Of a stretch of DNA of 64,000 nt, positions 20,549-29,377 are shown piece by piece (the stretch's first letter is position 1; each line of letters begins with the position of its first letter). The position numbers were made by a program, and so were the translations under genes. The notes beneath the pieces were generated by a model that made no database searches, was not told the DNA's origin, and was given only the letters and a program-made list of their open reading frames with translations. Source of the DNA: Candidatus Krumholzibacteriota bacterium (GTDB lineage Bacteria; Krumholzibacteriota; Krumholzibacteriia; LZORAL124-64-63); assembly GCA_039714075.1 (NCBI GenBank), contig JBDLKA010000002.1, positions 37,234 through 101,233 on the forward strand. Reading direction: 5' to 3'.

Positions 20549-22734
20549 GTCCCGGCGGACAGAAGGTCGACATCGATCTGAAGGCCATGATGGAGGAGTT
20601 GTGGGCCAAGGTCCGCGTCTACAATCTCCAGGCGGACGAAGATAAGCTCTGGTTCGGTTACCGCTTCGCCAAAGCGGCCCACAAAGGCCAGAAGCGCAAG
20701 AGCGGCGAGCCCTTTTTCGCCCACGCCCTGACCGTGGCCACGATCCTGGCCGACCTGCGCCTGGACGTCGACACCCTGATCGCGGCCATGGTCCACGACG
20801 TGGTCGAAGACACCGACTACGAGATGGTGGACATCCGCCAGAGGTTCGGCAAGGACGTTGCCCACATGGTCGACGGGGTGACGAAAATCAGCGGCATCCG
20901 GGCGGTGAACCAGGAAGCGCGCAAGGCGGAAACGTATCGCAAACTGGTTCTGGCCATTGCCCAGGATCCCCGCACCGTTTTGATCAAGCTGGCCGACCGT
21001 CTGCACAACATGCGGACCCTGAGCTTCCTGAAAGAAGACCGCCAGCTGGACATCGCCCAGGAGACCATGGATGTCTACGCTCCGCTGGCCAACCGGTTCG
21101 GGATCGCCAAGATCAAGTGGGAACTGGAGGACCTGGCCTTCAAGGTCCTGCAGCCCGAGCGCTACTTCGAAATCGAGTCCGGCATCAACCAGACCCGGGC
21201 CGAACGGGAACGGTTGATCCAGAAGATCGTCACACCCCTGCATGAGGCCCTGGACACCGCGGGGGTCAAACACGAAATCGCCGGCCGGCCCAAACATTTC
21301 TATTCCATCCACCGCAAGATGCAGGAGCAGGAAATCGGCCTGGACCGCGTGTACGATCTGCTCGCCCTGCGGATCATCGTGGAAACCAAGGCCGACTGCT
21401 ACCACGCCCTGGGCGCCCTGCACAGTCTGTTCCCGCCCCTGGCCGACCGCATCAAGGACTACATCGCCACGCCCAAGGCCAACATGTACCAGAGCATCCA
21501 TTCGACCGTGCGCGTGCCCGGGGGCAAGTACATCGAGGTTCAGTTGCGCACCTATAACATGCACGACCGGGCCGAGCTGGGCATCGCCGCGCACTGGCGC
21601 TACAAGGAAGGCGGCGGGGCCGACAAGTCCGATCTGGCCGAAATGGTCAAGTGGCTGCGTCAGATCATGGTGTGGGAAGAGGACGTGGCCGACGCCGAGG
21701 AGTTCATGGAAACGCTCAAGGTGGATTTTTTCCGCGACGAGGTTTTCGTGTTCAGTCCCGGCGGGGACGTTTTCCAGATGCCTCGCGGCGCCACCCCCCT
21801 GGACTTCGCCTTCCGTATCCACAGTGAAGTGGGTTTCCGTTGCATCGGGGCCAAGGTCAACGGGCGGATCGTCACCCTGCGCAGCGAACTCCAGAACGGC
21901 GATACGGTGGAAATCCTGACCAGCAAGACGCCCAACCCCAGCGCCAGCTGGCTGGAGGTGGTCAAGACAAGTCGGGCCAAACACCATATCCGGCGCTGGA
22001 TCAAGACCACCCAGTTCCAGGAAAGCGTCAAGCTGGGCCGGGAAATCCTGGAAAAGGAATTGAGGCGGGCCCACCTGAAGATAAAGGTCGATGAACTGGT
22101 CGACGTGTCGCAACAGATGGGTTACACCGAGCTGGACAAACTTCTTGCCGCCGTGGGTCGTGGCGAAATCACCCACATGAAAGTGGTGGGGCGGGTCACG
22201 CCCCTGCCGGAATCAAAGGCCGAAAAGGTCCTGTCCAAAGGCAAGGAGATCTATGATTCCCTGCTGGGCCGTTCGACTTCGGGCGTGCGGGTGGCCGGGG
22301 TGGACAACCTGATGGTTTCCTTCGCCCGCTGCTGCCAGCCGATTCCCGGGGACTCGATCCTGGGCATCATCACCCGTGGCAGGGGGGTTTCGGTCCACCG
22401 CGCGGGTTGTTCCAACCTCAACGACCCCAACCTGGGGCCCGAAAGGATGATCGAGGTCTCCTGGGATACCGGGCCCGACCAGACCTTCATGGTCAAGCTC
22501 ATCATCCAGGCCCAGGATCGCAAAAACCTGTTGATGGACATCAGCAATACGCTCAGCCTGACCAATACCAACATCGCCAGCGGGGATTTCAGTGCCGAGG
22601 ATGATCTGGCCAAGGTCACCCTGGTGGTCGAGGTCCGTAATCTGAACAAGCTGGAAAAGATCCTCAAGGTCCTGGGCAAGGTGCGTGGTGTCCAGGGTAT
22701 CGAACGGTTTCAGTTGGGCACCGGCCCCCACTGA
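20545..22734 (+). CDS. rel: Bifunctional (p)ppGpp synthetase/hydrolase (long RSH, Rel/SpoT)
   Basis: HD hydrolase (HDVVED, KLADRLHNMRT), synthetase (GRPKHFYSI, YQSIHST, EVQLRT), TGS, CC motif (ARCCQPIPGD), ACT domain. Confidence 0.97.
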   Translation: MSPGGQKVDIDLKAMMEELWAKVRVYNLQADEDKLWFGYRFAKAAHKGQKRKSGEPFFAHALTVATILADLRLDVDTLIAAMVHDVVEDTDYEMVDIRQRFGKDVAHMVDGVTKISGIRAVNQEARKAETYRKLVLAIAQDPRTVLIKLADRLHNMRTLSFLKEDRQLDIAQETMDVYAPLANRFGIAKIKWELEDLAFKVLQPERYFEIESGINQTRAERERLIQKIVTPLHEALDTAGVKHEIAGRPKHFYSIHRKMQEQEIGLDRVYDLLALRIIVETKADCYHALGALHSLFPPLADRIKDYIATPKANMYQSIHSTVRVPGGKYIEVQLRTYNMHDRAELGIAAHWRYKEGGGADKSDLAEMVKWLRQIMVWEEDVADAEEFMETLKVDFFRDEVFVFSPGGDVFQMPRGATPLDFAFRIHSEVGFRCIGAKVNGRIVTLRSELQNGDTVEILTSKTPNPSASWLEVVKTSRAKHHIRRWIKTTQFQESVKLGREILEKELRRAHLKIKVDELVDVSQQMGYTELDKLLAAVGRGEITHMKVVGRVTPLPESKAEKVLSKGKEIYDSLLGRSTSGVRVAGVDNLMVSFARCCQPIPGDSILGIITRGRGVSVHRAGCSNLNDPNLGPERMIEVSWDTGPDQTFMVKLIIQAQDRKNLLMDISNTLSLTNTNIASGDFSAEDDLAKVTLVVEVRNLNKLEKILKVLGKVRGVQGIERFQLGTGPH

Positions 22735-22749
22735 CGGACAGGAGATCCG

Positions 22750-23217
22750 ATGCGTTGTGTCGTCCAGAGGAGCGGGCCCGCCCTGGTCCGGATCGAAGGT
22801 GAAACCGTCGGCCGGATAGATTCCGGACTGGTCGTCCTGGCCGCTTTCGGGCCCGACGACACGACCGCGGAGTTGTCCTGGATGGCCCGCAAACTTCCAC
22901 GCCTGCGCATTTTCAACGACACCGACGGCAAGATGAACCTGTCGCTGCGGGACGTGGGCGGCGGGATCCTGCTGGTCTCGCAGTTCACGCTGTACGGAAA
23001 TTGCCGCAAAGGAATGAGGCCGAGTTTCACGGGTTCGGCTCCGCCGGAAAGAGCCCGCAAGCTCTACGAGGAATTCGGCCACCTGCTGCGGGGAGAGTGG
23101 CCTACGGTGGCCGAAGGCAACTTCGGGGCGATGATGGAAGTTGAACTCGTCAACGACGGGCCCGTGACCCTGGTTGTCGACCGGGAAATTTCCGGCGAAG
23201 CGGGGTCCGATGACTGA
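22750..23217 (+). CDS. dtd: D-aminoacyl-tRNA deacylase
   Basis: MRCVVQR, VSQFTL, NDGPVT; follows rel. Confidence 0.97.
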   Translation: MRCVVQRSGPALVRIEGETVGRIDSGLVVLAAFGPDDTTAELSWMARKLPRLRIFNDTDGKMNLSLRDVGGGILLVSQFTLYGNCRKGMRPSFTGSAPPERARKLYEEFGHLLRGEWPTVAEGNFGAMMEVELVNDGPVTLVVDREISGEAGSDD

Positions 23218-23842
23218 ACCGCGGCACCTGACGCCCTTCGTGAACTGGCCCCATGACCTGGTGCTGGTCCTGGCCTCGCGCTCACCGCGGCGCGCGGAAC
23301 TGCTGACCATCGCCGGCATCCCTCACGAAATCGTTCCCCCCGGTCCGGTCGAGGAGGAACTGGCCGCATCGCTGACCCATCTTCACCATGATCCGGCCGC
23401 CTACGCCGTGGACCTGGCGGTGGCCAAGGCCCGGGACGTGGCCCGGAGCTTGCCCGGCCGCCTGGTACTGGGCTCCGATACCGTGGTGGTCCTTGACGGC
23501 GACGTTCTGGAGAAACCCGCCGATCACCGGGAGGCCGTGCACCTGGTGAGCCGTCTGGCGGGCCGGAAACACGTGGTCATCTCGGCGGTGGCCCTGGTCG
23601 GAGGTCCGGCGGGCGAAGGTCCCGTAGTCGCCCATGAAGAGACCGAAGTCGAATTCCTGTCCCTGGCCCCCGAAGCCATCGAGCGGTACGTGGCCACGGG
23701 GGAACCCATGGACAAGGCCGGCGCCTACGGCATCCAGGGTTATGGGGCCATGATGGTGCGCGGCGTCCGGGGATGCTATTTCAACGTCATGGGCCTGCCC
23801 CTGGCCAGGCTGGGAGAACTGTTGAACGGAGTTTTGGCATGA
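23210..23842 (+). CDS. maf: Maf family nucleotide pyrophosphatase
   Basis: LASRSPRRAELL, GSDTVV, EKP, GEPMDKAGAYGIQG, NVMGLP. Confidence 0.96.
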   Translation: MTEPRHLTPFVNWPHDLVLVLASRSPRRAELLTIAGIPHEIVPPGPVEEELAASLTHLHHDPAAYAVDLAVAKARDVARSLPGRLVLGSDTVVVLDGDVLEKPADHREAVHLVSRLAGRKHVVISAVALVGGPAGEGPVVAHEETEVEFLSLAPEAIERYVATGEPMDKAGAYGIQGYGAMMVRGVRGCYFNVMGLPLARLGELLNGVLA

Positions 23843-24906
23843 GTTCACTGCCTTTTCCCTTTCCCGTCGTGGCCTGGGAGGATGACCGGGTCGTCCTGAT
23901 CGACCAGACCGTTTTGCCGGACCGGCTCGCCTGGCGCCGGTGTGGGGACATACCCTCGCTTTGCCGGGCCATCGTCGAACTGGCGGTCAGGGGTGCGCCC
24001 GCCATCGGGGTGGCGGCCGCCTACGGGCTGGCCCTGTCCTGGCGCCTGGCTCAGGCCAAGGGTGGCGGCCCCGACGACATGCTGCCGAGGCTGGAACACG
24101 ACCGCGGGCTTCTGGCGGCCACCCGGCCGACGGCGGTGAATCTTTTCTGGGCCCTGGAACGGGTGGGAACCCTGGCCCGCCGTCTTGTCGCCGAGGGCAA
24201 CGACGCGGAACAGATCGGAACCGCCTTGTTGGCTGAGGCCCGCCGGGTCCACGACGAGGATATCGCCATGTGCCGGGCCCTCGGGCAAGCCGGGGGTGAA
24301 CTGCTGCAAGACGGCGCCACCGTGCTGACCCACTGTAATGCCGGCGGCCTGGCCACCGGGGGATACGGGACGGCCGTGGGCGTCGTCTACGGAGCCACCG
24401 AGGCGGGCAAGACCATTCGCGTCTTCGCCGACGAAACCCGTCCCCTGCTGCAGGGCGCGCGGCTGACCGCTTGGGAATTGGCCGACCAGGGAATAGACGT
24501 GACGGTGATCTGCGATTCGGCGGCCGCGACGGTCCTCAGGCAGGGCCGGATCGACGCCGTCATCACCGGCGCCGACCGCATCGCCGCCAACGGGGACGCC
24601 GCCAACAAGATCGGGACCTACCCGTTGGCTGTCCTGGCGCACCGCCATGAAGTTCCGTTCTACATCGCGGCCCCCGCTTCGACCTTCGATCCCGATACTC
24701 CCGACGGCGACGGCATCATCATCGAGGAACGGGATCCCGACGAAGTCCACGCTTTCGGCACGGTGCGGGCGACACCGCAGGAGGTGGCGGCCTGGAATCC
24801 TGCCTTCGATGTCACCCCGGCCGATCTCATTACCGCTTTCATCACCGAACACGGTGTTCTGCGCCCGCCGTTCCACCGCAGCCTGGAGCCGGTTTTGAAG
24901 AGGTGA
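23839..24906 (+). CDS. mtnA: S-methyl-5-thioribose-1-phosphate isomerase
   Basis: VRGAPAIG, TRPTAVNL, THCNAGGLAT, ETRPLLQGARLT, GADRIAANGDAANKIGT, NPAFDVTP. Confidence 0.96.
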   Translation: MSSLPFPFPVVAWEDDRVVLIDQTVLPDRLAWRRCGDIPSLCRAIVELAVRGAPAIGVAAAYGLALSWRLAQAKGGGPDDMLPRLEHDRGLLAATRPTAVNLFWALERVGTLARRLVAEGNDAEQIGTALLAEARRVHDEDIAMCRALGQAGGELLQDGATVLTHCNAGGLATGGYGTAVGVVYGATEAGKTIRVFADETRPLLQGARLTAWELADQGIDVTVICDSAAATVLRQGRIDAVITGADRIAANGDAANKIGTYPLAVLAHRHEVPFYIAAPASTFDPDTPDGDGIIIEERDPDEVHAFGTVRATPQEVAAWNPAFDVTPADLITAFITEHGVLRPPFHRSLEPVLKR

Positions 24907-24967
24907 TCCCGGTGGGCTGATGGCCCGCGGAACCGTGATTCAAGGGTTTTTGACAGGGCCGGGTTCC

Positions 24968-24996
24968 TTGACAAAGCCCTTTCCGTTTGCTAGCTT
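24968..24996 (+). promoter_or_regulatory. Putative sigma70 promoter of the rplM-rpsI operon
   Basis: TTGACA - 17 nt - TAGCTT. Confidence 0.65.
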
Positions 24997-25164
24997 ACCC
25001 GTCCTGCAACGGCCGGATTTTCCCGATTTATCCGACCTGACCAATCCTGAATAATTGGTCTGAAATGTGCCGAGGATTTGTGGAGAATCGGCGTATCTTG
25101 TTGTAGAAAAGCAGATTACGCGACCATTGAATTCCGCCCGCGCGGCAGCGCTGCGGTTTGTTCT

Positions 25165-25205
25165 GTGGTCCTGATTCCCACGGGCCAGCCCCGTGAGACC
25201 GGTAT
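25165..25205 (+). promoter_or_regulatory. Putative L13 leader-like RNA element
   Basis: GGTC...CCCACG-GGCC-AGCCCCG...GACC directly upstream of rplM, resembling my recollection of the CCCACG...AGCCCCG core of the L13 leader. Confidence 0.45.
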
Positions 25206-25221
25206 TTCGAGGAGAAAATCC

Positions 25222-25650
25222 GTGAAGACCTACAGCATGAAACTGGCTGAAATCGAGAAGGACTGGCTGGTCGTCGATGCCGACGACATCCCCCTGGGCC
25301 GTCTGGCCACGCATGTCGCCACCTTCTTGAGGGGCAAGCACAAGCCCACGTTTACGGCCAACCTGGACATGGGCGACAACGTTATCGTCCTGAACGCCGC
25401 CAAGGTGAAGATCACGGGCCAGAAGCGCGAGCAGAAGGTCTATCTGAGCCACAGCGGTTACATGGGTGGGCAAAAGGTGACCACCATGGCCTCGCTGATG
25501 GAAAAGCGTCCGGAAGAAGTCATCATGCGCGCCGTCAAGGGCATGCTGCCCAAGACGCGCCTGGGGCGCAAGCAGCTGACCAACCTGAGGGTGTACGCGG
25601 GCGGGGAGCATCCCCACGGTCCGCAGCAGCCGAAAATCGTCGAACTGTAG
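25222..25650 (+). CDS. rplM: 50S ribosomal protein L13
   Basis: WLVVDA...LGRLA...LRGKHKPTFT...DMGDNVIVLNA, AVKGMLPK; GTG start after GAGGAG. Confidence 0.99.
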   Translation: MKTYSMKLAEIEKDWLVVDADDIPLGRLATHVATFLRGKHKPTFTANLDMGDNVIVLNAAKVKITGQKREQKVYLSHSGYMGGQKVTTMASLMEKRPEEVIMRAVKGMLPKTRLGRKQLTNLRVYAGGEHPHGPQQPKIVEL

Positions 25651-25655
25651 GGACA

Positions 25656-25685
25656 CTGTTCCGTACGGGATTCCGTACGGAACAG
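25656..25685. repeat. Perfect 13-bp inverted repeat in the rplM-rpsI spacer
   Basis: CTGTTCCGTACGG-GATT-CCGTACGGAACAG. Confidence 0.9.
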
Positions 25686-25760
25686 GTACCGAACAGGTAC
25701 GGAATGTCCCGCTAGACCAAAGCTGCGGCCCAGGGCCGCGCTTGCCTGGAGGATGAAGAG

Positions 25761-26147
25761 TTGGAAGAAAGATATTACGCCACTGGTCGCCGCAAGACCG
25801 CCGTCGCCCGCGTCTGGGTTACCCAGGGTTCGGGCCAGATCAAGGTCAATAACCGGACCGTGGAGGAATATTTCGGTGAGGCTGTTCGCCAGCAGGCCCT
25901 GCGCCCGCTGACCAGCCTGGGTGTCGAGGCCGATTTCGACATCTGGTGCACCGTCAATGGCGGCGGGATTTCCGGACAGGCCGGCGCGTTGCGTCACGGT
26001 CTGGCCCGTGCTCTCGTAGTCGCCAACGAGGATTACCGCAAACCCCTGCGCAAACACGGATTCCTGACCCGCGATTCCCGTATGGTGGAACGCAAGAAGT
26101 ACGGTCAGCCGGGTGCCAGGAAGCGGTTCCAGTTCTCCAAGCGCTAG
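25761..26147 (+). CDS. rpsI: 30S ribosomal protein S9
   Basis: ATGRRKTAVARV, GGGISGQAGALRHG, ERKKYGQPGARKRFQFSKR; TTG start 8 nt after GGAGG. Confidence 0.99.
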   Translation: MEERYYATGRRKTAVARVWVTQGSGQIKVNNRTVEEYFGEAVRQQALRPLTSLGVEADFDIWCTVNGGGISGQAGALRHGLARALVVANEDYRKPLRKHGFLTRDSRMVERKKYGQPGARKRFQFSKR

Positions 26148-26220
26148 GCCGGTTTCAACCGCCACCGCGCTTGGCGACCAAGACTCCCGCGCGCCCTGAC
26201 CGGGCCGCGGGAAGTCAAAT

Positions 26221-26318
26221 CACACACCCGGCCGGAGGAGTGGATCAGGTGGCACCTGGCATAATCTGCTCTTTGGTGTTTTTCCATCTCCCGTGATGGC
26301 CGGGGAGGATCAACCTTT
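26221..26318 (+). promoter_or_regulatory. Putative rpsB (S2) leader RNA
   Basis: CACACAC-CCGGCC ... GGCCGG-GGAGGATCAACC architecture upstream of rpsB, as in S2 autoregulatory leaders. Confidence 0.55.
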
Positions 26319-26335
26319 GTTAACTGGAGGAAGTC

Positions 26336-27235
26336 ATGGCTAACGTCGGTCTGAAGGACCTACTGGAAGCGGGAGTCCATTTCGGGCACCAGACCCGCAA
26401 GTGGAACCCCAAGATGAAGCCCTACATATTCATCGCCCGGGGCGGCATCTACATCATCGATCTGCAGAGGACGCTGCGGGCCCTGAACAAGGCCTGTGAT
26501 TTCCTCAAGACGGTCGGCGCCAAGGGCGGCACCGTGCTGTTCGTCGGCACCAAGAAGCAGGCCAAGGTCGCCATCCGCGAGATGGCCGAAAAAGCCGGCA
26601 TGCCCTACGTGACCGAACGCTGGCTGGGCGGCATGCTGACCAACCACCAGACCATCTACAAGAGCGTCCAGAAGCTGGACGAAATCGAAGCCATGATGAA
26701 CGACGGCCGCATGGAGAACTTCTCCAAGAAGGAGCAGCTGGAGTTCAGCCGGAAGTTCGAAAAACTCAACACCAACCTGGGCGGCATCCGCAAGATGAAG
26801 GGTGTTCCCGACGCGGTGTTCATCGTCGATACGGCCGAGGAAGAAACCGCCGTGCGCGAGGCCAGCAAGCTGAACATCCCGATCATCGGCATCGTGGATA
26901 CCAACTGCGACCCTACCCTGGTCACCTATCCCATCCCGGGCAACGATGACGCCATCCGTGCCATCACCCTGTTCACCCGGGTCGTTTCCGAGTCCATCGA
27001 AGAGGGTCGCAAGACCAAGGCCGAGGGCAAGGACCAGGGCGTGGACATGGCGGCTCCCAAGGATGAGCCCGCCGCTGCCAGCGCCACCCTGGACGGCGAC
27101 GACAGCAAGGTGGAAGCCGCCGCCGCTTCCGCGGACAACGCCGCCAAGGAAGCTCCGGCCGCCGAGCCCGCCGCCGAGCCCGCCGCCGCGGTCGAGGCCG
27201 CCGAGGGTGCGGAAAAGCCGGCCGAAAAGGACTGA
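26336..27235 (+). CDS. rpsB: 30S ribosomal protein S2 with Ala/Glu-rich C-terminal tail
   Basis: LLEAGVHFGHQTRKWNPKM, RWLGGMLTN, DTNCDP, PGNDDAIR. Confidence 0.99.
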   Translation: MANVGLKDLLEAGVHFGHQTRKWNPKMKPYIFIARGGIYIIDLQRTLRALNKACDFLKTVGAKGGTVLFVGTKKQAKVAIREMAEKAGMPYVTERWLGGMLTNHQTIYKSVQKLDEIEAMMNDGRMENFSKKEQLEFSRKFEKLNTNLGGIRKMKGVPDAVFIVDTAEEETAVREASKLNIPIIGIVDTNCDPTLVTYPIPGNDDAIRAITLFTRVVSESIEEGRKTKAEGKDQGVDMAAPKDEPAAASATLDGDDSKVEAAAASADNAAKEAPAAEPAAEPAAAVEAAEGAEKPAEKD

Positions 27236-27378
27236 CACGATTTTTATTGCGGGCGGGCCCGGCCCCAACCGGGGACGGGCCCCCCTTACATTAAAGGACC
27301 GGCGTTTCCCACGCCGAAGTCATCAACTCTCCCGCGGCGGTTCGGTCCGCCGACAGGATCGGGAGATCTGGAGGAGTC

Positions 27379-27972
27379 ATGGAAATCACCGCGAAAATGG
27401 TCAAGGAGCTGCGTGAGGCCACGAACGCAGGTATGATGGATTGCAAGAAGGCCCTCAAGGAAACCGACGGCGACATGGAAAAAGCCGGCGAGTACCTGCG
27501 CAAGAAGGGCATCGCCTCGGCCGCCAAGAAGGAAGGCCGGGCGACCAGCCAGGGTCTCGTGGGCAGCTACATCCACATGGGCGGCAAGGTCGGCGTCATG
27601 GTGGAAATCGCCTGTGAAACCGATTTCGTGGCCCGCACCGACGATTTCCAGGAATTCGTCCACAACGTGGCCATGCACATCGCCGCGGCCAGCCCGGTGG
27701 CCGTGACCCGCGAAGAGGTCGATCCTTCCCTGATCGAGAAGGAGAAGGAGATCTACGCCGGCCAGATGCAGGAGCAGGGCAAGCCCGCCGAGATGATCGA
27801 CAAGATTGTTGAAGGCAAGGTTGACAAGTATTACAGTGAAATCGTCCTGCTCGAGCAAAAGTACGTCAAGGATCCGGATATGACGGTGGAGGACTACCTG
27901 AAGTCCATCATCGGCTCCCTGGGCGAGAACATGCAGATCAAGCGCTTCACGCGCTATCAGATCGGCGGTTAG
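27379..27972 (+). CDS. tsf: Elongation factor Ts (short form, 197 aa)
   Basis: VKELREATNAGMMDCKKAL, CETDFVA. Confidence 0.98.
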   Translation: MEITAKMVKELREATNAGMMDCKKALKETDGDMEKAGEYLRKKGIASAAKKEGRATSQGLVGSYIHMGGKVGVMVEIACETDFVARTDDFQEFVHNVAMHIAAASPVAVTREEVDPSLIEKEKEIYAGQMQEQGKPAEMIDKIVEGKVDKYYSEIVLLEQKYVKDPDMTVEDYLKSIIGSLGENMQIKRFTRYQIGG

Positions 27973-27985
27973 CCAGGAGCGTTTC

Positions 27986-28017
27986 AAAGCCCGGGTCGAT
28001 GGCCCGGGCTTTTTTTT
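27986..28017 (+). terminator. Rho-independent terminator after tsf
   Basis: AAAGCCCGGGTC-GAT-GGCCCGGGCT hairpin followed by a T run. Confidence 0.85.
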
Positions 28018-28050
28018 GCGGATTTCCAGCGGATTTCCAGCGGATGTCCA
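28018..28050. repeat. Tandem 11-bp direct repeat, 3 copies, upstream of pyrH
   Basis: GCGGATTTCCA GCGGATTTCCA GCGGATGTCCA. Confidence 0.85.
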
Positions 28051-28093
28051 CCGGAAATCGCGCGGCAAACCCACACCGAAAGGTCGCCCACCG

Positions 28094-28810
28094 GTGAAAT
28101 TCACACGCATCCTGTTGAAATTGAGCGGCGAAGCCCTCATGTCCGACGGCGAACAGTACAGCCACCGCAAACTGACGGGGCTGGCCCAGGCCATCGGCCA
28201 GGTGGTGCAGCAGGGTGTCCAGGTGGGCATCGTGGTCGGCGCCGGGAATATTTTTCGCGCACGTTCGGCCAACCTGCAGATCGTCGACCGCGTGACCGCC
28301 GACAACGTGGGCATGCTCGGCACGGTGATGAACGCCTCGATCATGCGCGACTACCTGCGCGGCGAAGGCCTGCGTTCCAAGGTTTTCAGTCCGCGGGAAC
28401 ATCGTCCCCTGACCAAGTCCTTCGCCCGGGACGACGCGCTGGCCATGATGCAGTCGGGCCACGTGCTGCTCTTCGCCGGGGGAACCGGCAATCCCTATTT
28501 CACCACCGATTCCGCCGCGGCCCTGCGCGCCCTGGAAATCAGCGCGGACGTCCTGCTCAAGGGAACCCAGGTGGACGGCGTCTACGACAAGGATCCCCAC
28601 CGGCACGACGACGCCCGGCGCTTCGAACAGTTGACCTACGATGAAGTCATCGACCGGAGGCTGCAGGTGATGGACCTGACCGCAGTCACTCTTTGCTCGG
28701 AACAGGGACTCCCGATGTTCGTATTTGATATCTCGGATCCGGACAACCTCGTCAACGTCATCGCCGGCGACCAGCCGGGAACGTGGATCAAAAAGGAGAA
28801 ACAGTCATGA
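28094..28810 (+). CDS. pyrH: UMP kinase
   Basis: RILLKLSGEAL, GAGNIFR, GGTGNPYFTTDSAAALRA, VDGVYDKDP, VMDLTA; GTG start inferred. Confidence 0.97.
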   Translation: MKFTRILLKLSGEALMSDGEQYSHRKLTGLAQAIGQVVQQGVQVGIVVGAGNIFRARSANLQIVDRVTADNVGMLGTVMNASIMRDYLRGEGLRSKVFSPREHRPLTKSFARDDALAMMQSGHVLLFAGGTGNPYFTTDSAAALRALEISADVLLKGTQVDGVYDKDPHRHDDARRFEQLTYDEVIDRRLQVMDLTAVTLCSEQGLPMFVFDISDPDNLVNVIAGDQPGTWIKKEKQS

Positions 28811-29364
28811 GTGCCGACGTCAAGGAAACCGCCGAAATGTCCATGGAGGAATCGATCGACACGGTGAAGGGTCGGCTCAGCCGCATCCGCACGGGCAAGG
28901 CTTCGCCCGCAGCCCTGGAAGGGGTCAAGGTCGAGTACTACGGGGCCCTCACGCCGCTGAACCAGCTGGCGACCGTGGCGGCTCCCGAACCGCGCCTGCT
29001 GACGGTCAAGCCCTTCGACCGCGGGGCGATCGGCGCCATCGAAAAAGCCATCCAGGCCGGCAACCTGGGCTTCAATCCCGCCAGCGACGGCATGATGATC
29101 CGCATCCAGATACCGGAGCTGACCGAGGACAGCCGCAAGGAAATGGGCAAGCAGGCCCGGGAATTCGGCGAAGAGGGGAAGATCGCCGTCCGCAAGGTCC
29201 GCCAGGAGGCCAACGATTCCCTGAAAAAGGAGCAGAAGGACGGGGACATCACCGAGGACGAGTTCCACGGCGACCGGGACGAGGTCCAGAAGTTGACCGA
29301 CCGCTTCTGCGAGGAAATCGACAAGATCGTGGCTGCCAAGCAGAACGAAATCATGGAGCTGTAG
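28807..29364 (+). CDS. frr: Ribosome recycling factor
   Basis: IRTGKASP, YYGALTPLNQLA, IEKAI, LGFNP, PELTEDSRKE. Confidence 0.98.
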   Translation: MSADVKETAEMSMEESIDTVKGRLSRIRTGKASPAALEGVKVEYYGALTPLNQLATVAAPEPRLLTVKPFDRGAIGAIEKAIQAGNLGFNPASDGMMIRIQIPELTEDSRKEMGKQAREFGEEGKIAVRKVRQEANDSLKKEQKDGDITEDEFHGDRDEVQKLTDRFCEEIDKIVAAKQNEIMEL

Positions 29365-29377
29365 GGGATCGTTTCAT

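Noticed and set aside
25065..25106. 13-codon ORF MCRGFVENRRILL in the rplM leader
   Set aside because: No Shine-Dalgarno sequence and no attenuator-like codon bias.
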